A stretch of 32,000 nt of DNA. Origin: Candidatus Saccharimonadota bacterium (GTDB lineage Bacteria; Patescibacteriota; Gracilibacteria; Absconditabacterales; Absconditicoccaceae). Below, piece after piece: positions 21,881-29,997 of the stretch (the stretch's first letter is position 1; the number at the start of each line of letters is the position of its first letter). The stretch is taken from positions 180,001 through 212,000 of the forward strand of contig CP006913.1 of assembly GCA_000503875.1 (NCBI GenBank), given 5' to 3'. Below the pieces are notes generated by a model. It did not search any database. It saw only the letters and a program-made list of their open reading frames with translations, and had not been told where the DNA came from. The translations under genes and the position numbers were made by a program.

Positions 21881-22936
21881 ATGAGAAAAGCAAAATTAAA
21901 AAGTGTAGGAGAAATCCCAGGAAGCATCGTGTATACTTGAGATAAAATGACTGCCGAATCTATTGTGCAGATGATTGAATACAACGAAAAAGAATATACA
22001 GAAACAGCTATTTCTGATTTTCATCAATGCATCGAAAAACACAAAGGTAACGTAAAATGGATCGATTTCATCGGAGTAGATCAAACAAATGATCTTAGTG
22101 AAATAGGTGCTTTGTTTAATATCCATGCTCTGACATTGGAAGATATTGCAAATATTAAACAACGTCCAAAATATGAAGATATGGAAGACTATCTTTTTTT
22201 GACACTCAAAATGTTTTGTTATATCCATGAAGAAAAGCGTTTGAAAGAAGAACAAATAAGCTTTGTATTGGGCAAAAATTACGTGATTTCTTTTCAAGAA
22301 AATGAAGATAGCGATGATTTTGAAAATATAAAAGACCGCATCCGCAAAGGAAAAGGAAGAATTAGAAAAATGAACGCTGATTATTTGATGTATTCTATTG
22401 TGGATACTATTATTGATAATTATTTCGTTGTCTTGGAACATATCGAAGATGAGGTAGAGGAATTGCAAGATGAATTGATGAAAGATCCAAATCCCAAAAC
22501 ATTGCATAAGATCCAGAATCTAAAACAGAATCTTATTATTTTGCGTAAATCTATCTGGCCCGTAAGAGAAATTTTGGGCGCATTGGAAAGAACAGAATCT
22601 GATTTAATTGACGATAGACTTCAAGCATATCTTAGAGACGCTTACGATCATACTGTGCAAATTATCGATACCATAGAAACGTTTAGAGATATTATTGCTG
22701 GGTCACTAGATATCTATCTTTCTAGTCTTAGTAATAAGATGAATCAAGTGATGAAAGTATTGACGGTAATTAGTACGATTTTTATTCCCCTTACCTTTAT
22801 AGTAGGAGTTTATGGAATGAATTTCAAATATATGCCAGAACTTACTATGAAACGAACCTATCCAGCACTTTGGATTATTATGATAAGCATCGCTGGATGA
22901 ATGCTTCGATTCTTTAGAAAAAAGAAATGGATGTAA
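21881..22936 (+). CDS. corA: magnesium/cobalt transporter CorA
   Basis: N-terminal PGSIVYTGDK, YGMNF (GMN) motif, two C-terminal TM segments and a basic tail. Extends ORF 21947..22900 at both ends through sense TGAs. Confidence 0.9.
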
Positions 22937-23024
22937 TTTTTAAATTCTATAAAAAATAATATATCACCGTTCGCTGTTACATTTTTTTAACGGTAGAAAA
23001 CACAAACAAATTCGACTCCATGTA

Positions 23025-23053
23025 TTTTCTTACCTAAAAATGTAAACGCTCAC
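23025..23053 (+). repeat. 29-bp direct repeat, copy 1
   Basis: ttttcttacctaaaaatgtaaacgctcac, identical to 23299-23327. Confidence 0.9.
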
Positions 23054-23108
23054 TTGTGATATATTATTTTTTATCACTTATATATAGTTCTCTTGATAAA
23101 TAAACAAA

Positions 23109-23245
23109 CCTTCCGTGTTGGTTTCAGCTGGAAAGCATAACGTTGACTAAGCAATCCACGGCCAAACAAACGTGGCGGACTTGTTTGGCCTAGACCTTTT
23201 TGGATACTTTTTGGGGCAATGCTAAAAAGTATCCCCAGCGGAGCG
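23109..23245. ncRNA. candidate structured RNA of unknown class (GC-rich island)
   Basis: Clearly more GC-rich than its flanks. Hairpins CCGTG..CACGG (23113-23161), GGCCAAACAA-11 nt-TTGTTTGGCC (23160-23190) and GGATACTTTTT-11 nt-AAAAAGTATCC (23202-23234). A possible closing helix is GCTGG/CCAGC. No credible ORF. Strand undetermined. Confidence 0.4.
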
Positions 23246-23298
23246 AAAAAATAAATGATTAAAAAGAATATAGCGATCGAAATATAAACGCTCACCTT

Positions 23299-23327
23299 TT
23301 TTCTTACCTAAAAATGTAAACGCTCAC
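23299..23327 (+). repeat. 29-bp direct repeat, copy 2
   Basis: Identical to 23025-23053. In addition, the 18-mer taaacgctcacctttttt occurs at 23285 and 23317. Confidence 0.9.
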
Positions 23328-23480
23328 CTTTTTTCATCAAAACTATCTAAAATAACCCAAAAAATATCTGTTTGATAACCAACACCTATCAATCCCAAAT
23401 ATAAAATACAAAAAGTACATATACTCTGAATATGTTTCCAAGATAGCAAGATCTGATTTTAGTCAGATTTTGTTTTTTAT

Positions 23481-23507
23481 TTGAAAATTTCGATTTCGGG
23501 GTATAAT
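23481..23507 (+). promoter_or_regulatory. putative sigma70-type promoter for the 23555 gene
   Basis: TTGAAA (23481-23486), 15-nt spacer, TATAAT (23502-23507). The spacer is short. Confidence 0.3.
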
Positions 23508-23554
23508 TTAAATACACAAAGAAAACAATTTTTATTCTTCTACAAAATATTCTC

Positions 23555-23974
23555 ATGGAAAATTCTATTAATTTCTCAAGCAATGCAGTTAGATCAATTT
23601 CAAAACTTATGGACAAAGTTTGAGCTACCTGTGATCAACTTATCGGAGCATTGGAAGTTTCTAAAGATGGAGTATCTTCATACGGGGTAAGAATTACTGA
23701 TAATGCTATGAGTACAGAATTTGTAGATAGAGTAGTAGGATATCTATTATTACTCAAAAAACATATGTTTGATTTAAGAAAAAATGTTCGCACTCATATG
23801 AACTTTCAAGAACAACATCAAGTAGCTCATATTGTAGAACATCTTCTTGAAACCCAAGATAAATTAAAAGCAAAAATGATAGAAAGCAATTACTTCAATA
23901 ATACGTATGGATACTTAGTAAATGATATCTTTGAAATGATGGATGCTGTGGTAAGAAAGTTACCCGTTAAATAA
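23555..23974 (+). CDS. hypothetical protein (139 aa)
   Basis: The ATG at 23555 is in frame with ORF 23651..23974 through one sense TGA. Terminator-like hairpin downstream. Confidence 0.55.
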
Positions 23975-24048
23975 GGTCATGTGTACAAACATATAGGTGC
24001 CTCATTCCAAAAAAAATCTTCCTGTATATCTTGGAGATTTTTTTTAAC

Positions 24049-24078
24049 AAAAAAAACAGGTTGAGAAAACTCAACCTG
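24049..24078 (-). terminator. terminator for paralog A
   Basis: CAGGTTGAG-aaaa-CTCAACCTG hairpin with a T8 run on the minus strand. Confidence 0.6.
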
Positions 24079-24088
24079 CTCTAGAATT

Positions 24089-24478
24089 TCAATTTAATGA
24101 AGATCCACAGTAAAACATTTTTCCTCTTCTTAAATCTATGATTTCTCTTAGAGGCAATCTTCCTTGACGGAAAATGTAATCATATATATAAGAGAGCTTA
24201 TTGAGGAAACGTTGTCTGAAGCTTTCAGCATCTGGGCCTTTATACAAAAATACTTTCCCAGAATCTAAATTAACCAAAACAACGATTTTTTGAGTCTGCA
24301 TCAAGTCTTTTATTTTTTGTTGGACTTCTGCAGAGTTTTGACAAGGAGTTGGATTGTTTAAGATAACATGTTCTTCCTCCATAATCATTTGAGGAGACAA
24401 AAAATCTTTTTCAACCTTTAGTTTTTCGATTTGTTCCACGGAACACTCAGTTCCGCTAAATAATAAATAATTTTTCAT
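24089..24478 (-). CDS. KGPD-motif small protein, paralog A (uncharacterised family)
   Basis: ORF track 24089..24487; the ATG at 24478 gives MKNYLLFSG. Shares the core VVLVNLDSGKVFLYKGPD and a C-terminal Asn with the genes at 26018 and 27107. No TGA codon. Confidence 0.75.
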   Translation of the reverse strand: MKNYLLFSGTECSVEQIEKLKVEKDFLSPQMIMEEEHVILNNPTPCQNSAEVQQKIKDLMQTQKIVVLVNLDSGKVFLYKGPDAESFRQRFLNKLSYIYDYIFRQGRLPLREIIDLRRGKMFYCGSSLN

Positions 24479-24487
24479 AGATTCCAA

Positions 24488-24544
24488 TTTTTAGGGTTTT
24501 TTGGTAAGCTTAGTTTACATATTTAAATGACAAAGTCAAGTCAA
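24488..24544 (-). promoter_or_regulatory. conserved promoter and 5'UTR of paralog A
   Basis: On the minus strand: TTGACTTGACTT box (24544-24534), an AT-rich -10 candidate, then AAAAAACCCTAAAAA (24502-24488) just upstream of the start. Confidence 0.4.
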
Positions 24545-24629
24545 GCGAGCTATCAAACAAAAATATCTTGAAAAATTTATAACTAAATATACCATATTGA
24601 TCGATTTTTTTATTTTTAATTATTCTTTG

Positions 24630-25979
24630 ATGGCGAAACCAATTCCTAGTATTGGGCTTATGGTCCCTGATATTCTTTTACCAAAAGCTTCTGTTGATCT
24701 CAAAAAACGAGCAGTGGTAGCATGTGATCAATACACCTCTCAACCAGAATATCGACAAGAAGTAGCAAATTTCGTAGGACAAGATCCATCTACGTTATCT
24801 ATTATTTATCCAGAAGTATATCTCGAAGAAGAGAACAAAGCAGAAAGAATTGAAGCAATCAAACAAGCTATGAATACCTATCTTACCCAAGGAATCCTCG
24901 AAAACCAAGGAGAATGTTTGCTCCTTATCGATAGAAAAACATCTCATGCAGACTCGAGAAAAGGACTTATCCTCGCACTAGATCTCGAAGCATATGATTA
25001 TAGTAAAACGTCTCAAACACTTATCAGAGCTACAGAATGAACGATCGTAGATAGACTTCCTCCAAGAATCCAAGTCAGAAAAGACGCAACAATCGAATCA
25101 CCACATATTATGGTACTTATCGATGACGAAAGCAAAACCGTTATCGAACCACTTTTCACAAACAAAGCCAATTATACCAAAGTGTATGAAACCGATTTAA
25201 TGATGAATGGATGACATATTAGTGGATACAAAATCAATGATCCACAAAGCATCGAAAATATCGTTGCTGCACTTACAAAACTCGCAGATCCTGTTGGTTT
25301 CCAACAAAGATACCAAGTTGGTCCAGATAAATGAGTATTGCTTTTCGCAATGGGAGATGGAAACCATTCACTCGCTACAGCAAAAGCTATCCGAGAAGAG
25401 AAAAAACAATCACTTACACCAGAACAAAAAGCCGATCATCCAGCAAGATTTGCACTTATTGAACTCGTAAATGTGCATGATGATGGATTGACGTTCGAAC
25501 CGATTCACAGAGTGCTTTTCAATATCAACCCAGAAAACCTTCTCAACGATATGAAAGCGTATTTCTCACCATTGGGAACTGAGGTAACTATAGAAACATT
25601 TGCTAGCAAAGAGCAAAGAACAGCACAACTCAAAAAGTCTGATCTTACAACACAATACTTCACCTTCGTATATCAAGGAACTTACGGACAAATTGCTCTT
25701 CATCATCCAAAACTCAATCTAGAAGTAGGAAATCTCCAAGCATTTTTGGATGACTACCTCAAACTTCATCAAGAAGCAAAAATAGATTATGTGCATGGAG
25801 AAGACGTAACCGAAAAACTCGGAATGCAAGCAAACAATATGGGATTCCTTTTGCCTATTATGGACAAAAAAGACTTCTTCAAAACCGTAGTCGTAGACGG
25901 AGCACTTCCAAGAAAAACCTTCTCTATGGGAGAAGCTGAAGAAAAAAGATTTTACCTAGAATGCAGAAAAATAATATAG
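24630..25979 (+). CDS. DUF1015 family protein (449 aa)
   Basis: IRATEGTIVDRLPPRI, SPHIMVLIDD, GDGNHSLATAK and PRKTFSMGEAEEKRFYLECR are typical DUF1015 blocks. Pieces 24597.. and 25338.. are in one frame with 3 sense TGAs. Confidence 0.8.
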
Positions 25980-25980
25980 G

Positions 25981-26011
25981 AAAAAAGCCAGCTGGAATCA
26001 GCTGGCTTTTT
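25981..26011. terminator. bidirectional terminator
   Basis: AAGCCAGCTG-gaat-CAGCTGGCTT hairpin flanked by A and T runs, between convergent genes. Confidence 0.65.
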
Positions 26012-26017
26012 CATCAA

Positions 26018-26470
26018 TTAGTTTAAGACAGGATCAACCTCAATCTGTGGTGGACAGTCACTTATATCTTCAATACTTTCCAAACAGGGTTCACACTCAT
26101 CATATACCCAAGCATAAAGGCAAAAGAATGGAGGAAGAAGAAGTTTTTTTACAACTTCCTTATCCGGTCCCTTGTAGATAAATGCTTTGTCTTTCTCAAG
26201 GCTAACTAGAATAGCAACCGAATTTGATTTTAATTGCGAAAGAATGAATTGATTTGCATCTCGATATCCCTCAATTAAAAGCGGTATTCTGACAGTTAAT
26301 CCTAGCTCTTGAACAACAAAAAGTTGTTTCATAGAAGTGATCAATTCCTTTATTTCTTCTTTGATACAGGCATCTGTGCATTTACTGCTACAGGTATTGC
26401 ATCCTAAGATAATTTTTTCATCTAACTCTGGGCCTTTCCCGGCTAGTAGTACTAAAAATTTATCATTCAT
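26018..26470 (-). CDS. KGPD-motif small protein, paralog B (Cys-rich variant)
   Basis: MNDKFLVLLAGKGPE.., CNTCSSKCTDAC, AILVSLEKDKAFIYKGPD, and a C-terminal ..DECEPC..DC..VLN. No TGA codon. Confidence 0.75.
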   Translation of the reverse strand: MNDKFLVLLAGKGPELDEKIILGCNTCSSKCTDACIKEEIKELITSMKQLFVVQELGLTVRIPLLIEGYRDANQFILSQLKSNSVAILVSLEKDKAFIYKGPDKEVVKKLLLPPFFCLYAWVYDECEPCLESIEDISDCPPQIEVDPVLN

Positions 26471-26527
26471 GTTTTAGGTTTTTTTTGTTTTTCTCGTATT
26501 TTATAAATATTTCCTACAAAAAGTCAA
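26471..26527 (-). promoter_or_regulatory. conserved promoter and 5'UTR of paralog B
   Basis: On the minus strand: TTGACTT (26527-26521), 18 nt, TAAAAT (26503-26498), then AAAAAAAACCTAAAAC (26486-26471) abutting the ATG. Confidence 0.45.
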
Positions 26528-26595
26528 TAATTGTTGTTTTTGGAAAGCAAATACTTATATTTAATTCAGAATTTATCTTTTTTAGAAAAGGAAAA

Positions 26596-27075
26596 ATGCT
26601 AACAGACCAGCGAAAACAATTGTTAGATGATGAGTATTTAATAGCAAGAAATGCAACGGATTATACAAGAGAAGAAATTAATGAAGAAGAAGCTTATCAG
26701 AATATAAAAGATTTTATAAAAAAACATATTCATCAAGTCTTGGTAGGCAAACTCGAGGAAGATATTTGGCTAACCGAAAAAGAAATAAAAAAACTTCCTT
26801 ATCGAGTAGGTCATTTTCTCCGTTATAGTGAATATAGAGGAATAAAATATTATGTTCTCAAAAAAAATGATTTAAAATATATCTCTATAGGTGTTTTTTG
26901 ATCAACAGGAGCGAGGACAAACGAATATTATTTTGATAAACTTATTACCGATCCAGATATCCAACCTATCGTCCAAACAACTACTTTCCAACTTTCAGAG
27001 GTCTTGGGTAACCATGGAAAACGAATTAAATGGAAACAAGGAATGCAAAAGAAATGGAGAAGATTGACGAGATAA
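26596..27075 (+). CDS. hypothetical protein (159 aa)
   Basis: ATG at 26596, preceded by aaaggaaaa, inside ORF 26485..26901. Continues through the TGA at 26899 to TAA at 27073-27075. Confidence 0.55.
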
Positions 27076-27076
27076 G

Positions 27077-27108
27077 AAAACCCGCCTACAATTAGGCGGG
27101 GCTTTTTT
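27077..27108. terminator. bidirectional terminator
   Basis: CCCGCCT-acaatt-AGGCGGG hairpin with a flanking A run and T6 run. Confidence 0.65.
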
Positions 27109-27604
27109 AATTTGCACACGTAGTAATTTTGGGAAGATTCTCCAAATCTCGTAGATCTCCCAAATGAAGAATTTCAAGAGATAACCCCGTATATCGAAAG
27201 TTATATAACACCAAGAAATTAGGTATATATAATTCTTGAATACGAGTAGGATCCGGTCCTCGGTAGAGATATCCTTTTTTGGTAACAATATTTACCAAGA
27301 TAAGTACTTTAATACTTTCATCAGGGAGAAGTTCTTGAATAAGTTCGTTTGCGTCTTCAAGACAAGCAAACAAAACAGGGAAATCAAGAGCCATTTTTTC
27401 TTGTTCGATAAACATGTATTTCCCGATAGCAAATCCCATTGAAAAGATAATATGAGGAATGCATTCTGATGGTTCTTCACAATGCTTACAATTTTCTTTA
27501 ATATATTCCTCAATATTTCCTGACTGCTTAAATACGTGTTGAATTTCGACTACTTCCTCATTGAGAGGCTGTTGTCCGACAAATACGACAAATGGAGTCT
27601 CCAT
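27107..27604 (-). CDS. KGPD-motif small protein, paralog C
   Basis: METPFVVFVGQQP.., NCKHCEEPSEC, VLILVNIVTKKGYLYRGPD, and a C-terminal ..TTCAN. No TGA codon. Confidence 0.75.
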   Translation of the reverse strand: METPFVVFVGQQPLNEEVVEIQHVFKQSGNIEEYIKENCKHCEEPSECIPHIIFSMGFAIGKYMFIEQEKMALDFPVLFACLEDANELIQELLPDESIKVLILVNIVTKKGYLYRGPDPTRIQELYIPNFLVLYNFRYTGLSLEILHLGDLRDLENLPKITTCAN

Positions 27605-27612
27605 ATTATTTA

Positions 27613-27670
27613 GATTTTAGTTTTTTTCTATTTACAGTGATGTTTTTATCTATTTTATAGATAAAGTCAA
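27613..27670 (-). promoter_or_regulatory. conserved promoter and 5'UTR of paralog C
   Basis: On the minus strand: TTGACTT (27670-27664), an AT-rich -10 candidate, then AAAAAAACTAAAATC (27627-27613). Confidence 0.4.
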
Positions 27671-27725
27671 TATCTGTTGATTTCAAGAAGTAAATACCTA
27701 TAGTCGCCAGACAAATAACAAAAAT

Positions 27726-27992
27726 ATGGAATTAGATAAATTAAAAAATGGAATACTAGTGGTTACCGATATCCCAAACCACGTATTTGACGGCATAAAA
27801 GGAATTATATTGGATATTGATTTACGCAACGGCGTAGTGGATATGAGTATCGATGATGATAGATACAAAGAAATTACCTCTTTGAAGGTTCACTATACTA
27901 AACTAAAAGAACGAAAATCTCCGTGAATTACACGGGGATTTTTCTATAGTGAAAAGCTTGAAATATATCATAAGAAGAGTAAGCTAAACTAA
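27726..27992 (+). CDS. small hypothetical protein (88 aa under code 25; 66 aa if the TGA at 27924 terminated)
   Basis: ORF 27726..27926 ends at a TGA that sits at the 5' foot of a terminator-like hairpin. Under code 25 the frame runs on to TAA at 27990-27992. Confidence 0.45.
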
Positions 27993-28017
27993 AAATTTAA
28001 TTCATTACTTCAATGCG

Positions 28018-28359
28018 ATGGATATTAAAGAGCTGCAAAAACTTATTTTAGCTTTTAGAGATGCTAGAGATCGAAAACAATTTCATAATCCAAAAGATCT
28101 CGCGACCGCTATTGCAATTGAAGCTGGAGAATTACAAGAAAAATTTCTTTGGAAGTCACAAGAAAAATCATACGAAATAGGAAAAAATGATCCAGAAGTT
28201 AGCGAAGAAGTCGCAGATATTCTAAATTTTCTATTACTTTTCGCAGAAGAATGCAATATAGACCTAATCAAGGTTTCTTTGGATAAATTAGAAAAAAATA
28301 ATAAAAAATACGATGCGGAGAAAGCAAAAGGAAGGAGTGATAAATATAATAAACTTTAA
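28018..28359 (+). CDS. MazG-like nucleotide pyrophosphohydrolase (dCTPase/all-alpha NTP-PPase family)
   Basis: FRDARDRKQFHNPKDLATAIAIEAGELQEKFLW...EEVADILNFLLLFAEECNIDL...KLEKNNKKY carries the EExxE..D metal-binding signature of MazG-domain proteins. Confidence 0.8.
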   Translation: MDIKELQKLILAFRDARDRKQFHNPKDLATAIAIEAGELQEKFLWKSQEKSYEIGKNDPEVSEEVADILNFLLLFAEECNIDLIKVSLDKLEKNNKKYDAEKAKGRSDKYNKL

Positions 28360-28374
28360 TTTTCTTAAACTTTC

Positions 28375-29967
28375 ATGTCAACAATAATTACTGAACATCC
28401 ATTTAATAAAAGTTATGCAGATAGTTTTACTTTTAACGAACGAAACTATAATTGGCCTGTCGTGTATATTTTAAAATGACAAGAATATATTTATATTTGA
28501 GAAACATCTAATATATTTAAAAGAACTCACGACCATTTAAAAAATGAAGAAAAAGTAATACGTTTGAATAATATGTTTGTTCTTTATGATATAGAATATA
28601 ATAAATCTGCTACATTAGATATTGAATCTCAATTAATTCAATATATTTCTGCTGAAAATTCATTTAAATTACAAAATAAAAATGATGGTTTAAAGGATCA
28701 TCACTATTACGATCGTGAAAAATATATTGCTAAGTTTGAAGAAATTTGGAAAGAACTTATAAAGGAAAAAATAGTAAAAAAAGATCTAAACGAAATAAAA
28801 AACAGTGATTTGTTTAAATATTCTCCATATAAAGCTTTAAATACAGATCAATATGAAATTGTATCAGATATTTATGAGCAGATTAAATTATGAAATAATT
28901 GAACATATATAATTAAATGAGAACCTTGAACTTGAAAGAGTGTTGTCGCTAGTTATTTGATTAAATACTTAAAGTGAAAAGAAGAAACAAAAAATTTGAA
29001 AATCTGACTTGTTGTTCCAATGGCTTCGCTAAGATCTACTTTTAAAAAGGTATTTAAAAACATAGATTGATTAAAATCTTCAATGGTTATTTGACCAAAT
29101 GATTTAGCAAAAAATTATAATGTAAATAACAAAGTTCCATATGATATAATAATAGTAGATGAATCTCATAGATTACAAAAGAGAAAAAATATTACTAATT
29201 ATAAAGCATATGATGATGTTAATTCAAAGTTGGGATTGTCAAAAGATTCTACACAACTTGATTGGGTTTTGAACTTATCTAAAATTCAAATATTATTGTA
29301 CGATAGCAATCAATCAATTAAGCCAGCAGATGTTAATCAGAATGATTTTGCCAAAATAGAAAGTGCAAAATCATATGAATTAAAAAGCCAAATGAGAGTG
29401 AAGTGATGAAATGAATATTTAGATTTTGTTACCAATTTATTTGATTGATGAAGAACTGAATTTGATAAAATCAAAAACTATGATTTTAAGATATATGATA
29501 ATTTCAGTGAATTTAGAAGTGATATTATGTGAAAAGACAAAGAATTTTGATTATCTAGAATTGTTGCAGGATATGCACGACCTCGAAGATCAAAAGACAA
29601 TCCTAATGAATACGATATAGAAATTGATTGAATAAAAATATTTCGAAATTCAACAAATATTGATTGGCCCAATTCCCCAAATGCTTTGAATGAAGTATGA
29701 TGTATCCATACTGTGCAGTGATATGATTTGAATTATGTATGAGTTATTTTATGAGAAGAATTATCTTATGATAAGAATACATGAAAATTTATAATCAAGA
29801 AAGAAAACTATCACGATAGTAAATGAAAAATTTGAATTGATGATGAATATGAACTGGAGAGATATATAATAAATATTTATAAAACATTACTTACCCGCTG
29901 AATATTATGAACATATGTATATATAGTTGATAAAGATTTGAGAGAATATTTTAAAGGGAAAATTTAG
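28375..29967 (+). CDS. GIY-YIG-like nuclease domain fused to a DUF2075 P-loop NTPase/helicase-like protein (530 aa)
   Basis: N-terminus VVYILKGQEYIYIGETSNIFKRTHDHL. Walker A GEPGTGKS. Walker B IIIVDESHRL. DUF2075-type C-terminus RIVAGYA..VGCIHTVQGYDLNYVGVILGEEL. 27 sense TGA codons by my count. Only 28564..28893 appears in the ORF track. Confidence 0.75.
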
Positions 29968-29973
29968 AAGTAA
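29875..29973 (+). repeat. 99-bp direct repeat, copy 1 (3' end of the DUF2075 gene)
   Basis: atttataaaacattacttacccgctgaat...gggaaaatttagaagtaa. 95/99 identical to 30771-30869. Confidence 0.9.
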
Positions 29974-29997
29974 TTTTTTATTTCATCATAGAAACAC

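Noticed and set aside
13652-22507. Long antisense or overlapping ORFs in the track: 13652..13843, 13681..13914, 14375..14560, 16210..16569, 16728..16922, 19293..19517, 19514..19999, 20027..20245, 20711..21001, 21224..21445, 21503..21832 and 21896..22507.
   Set aside because: All lie opposite or out of frame to confidently identified genes (trxB, the 502-aa protein, the ATPase, corA). Their products are low-complexity, as expected of shadow ORFs in AT-rich DNA.
23109-23245. Assigning the GC-rich structured element to SRP (4.5S) RNA, RNase P RNA, 6S RNA, tmRNA or an M-box riboswitch for corA.
   Set aside because: The invariant SRP domain IV loop motifs (AGG / AGCA around a GNRA loop) are not present; the nearest hairpin reads UCAGCU-GGAA-AGCAUA. 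No GAGGAAAGUCC or ACAGAACCCGGCUUA RNase P blocks. It is too short and too branched for 6S RNA or tmRNA. It lies downstream of corA, not upstream.
23025-23334. A CRISPR array formed by the gtaaacgctcac-containing repeats.
   Set aside because: Only two full and one partial copies. Spacings of about 245 nt and 14 nt do not fit a CRISPR array. The repeat is not palindromic, and no cas genes lie in the window.
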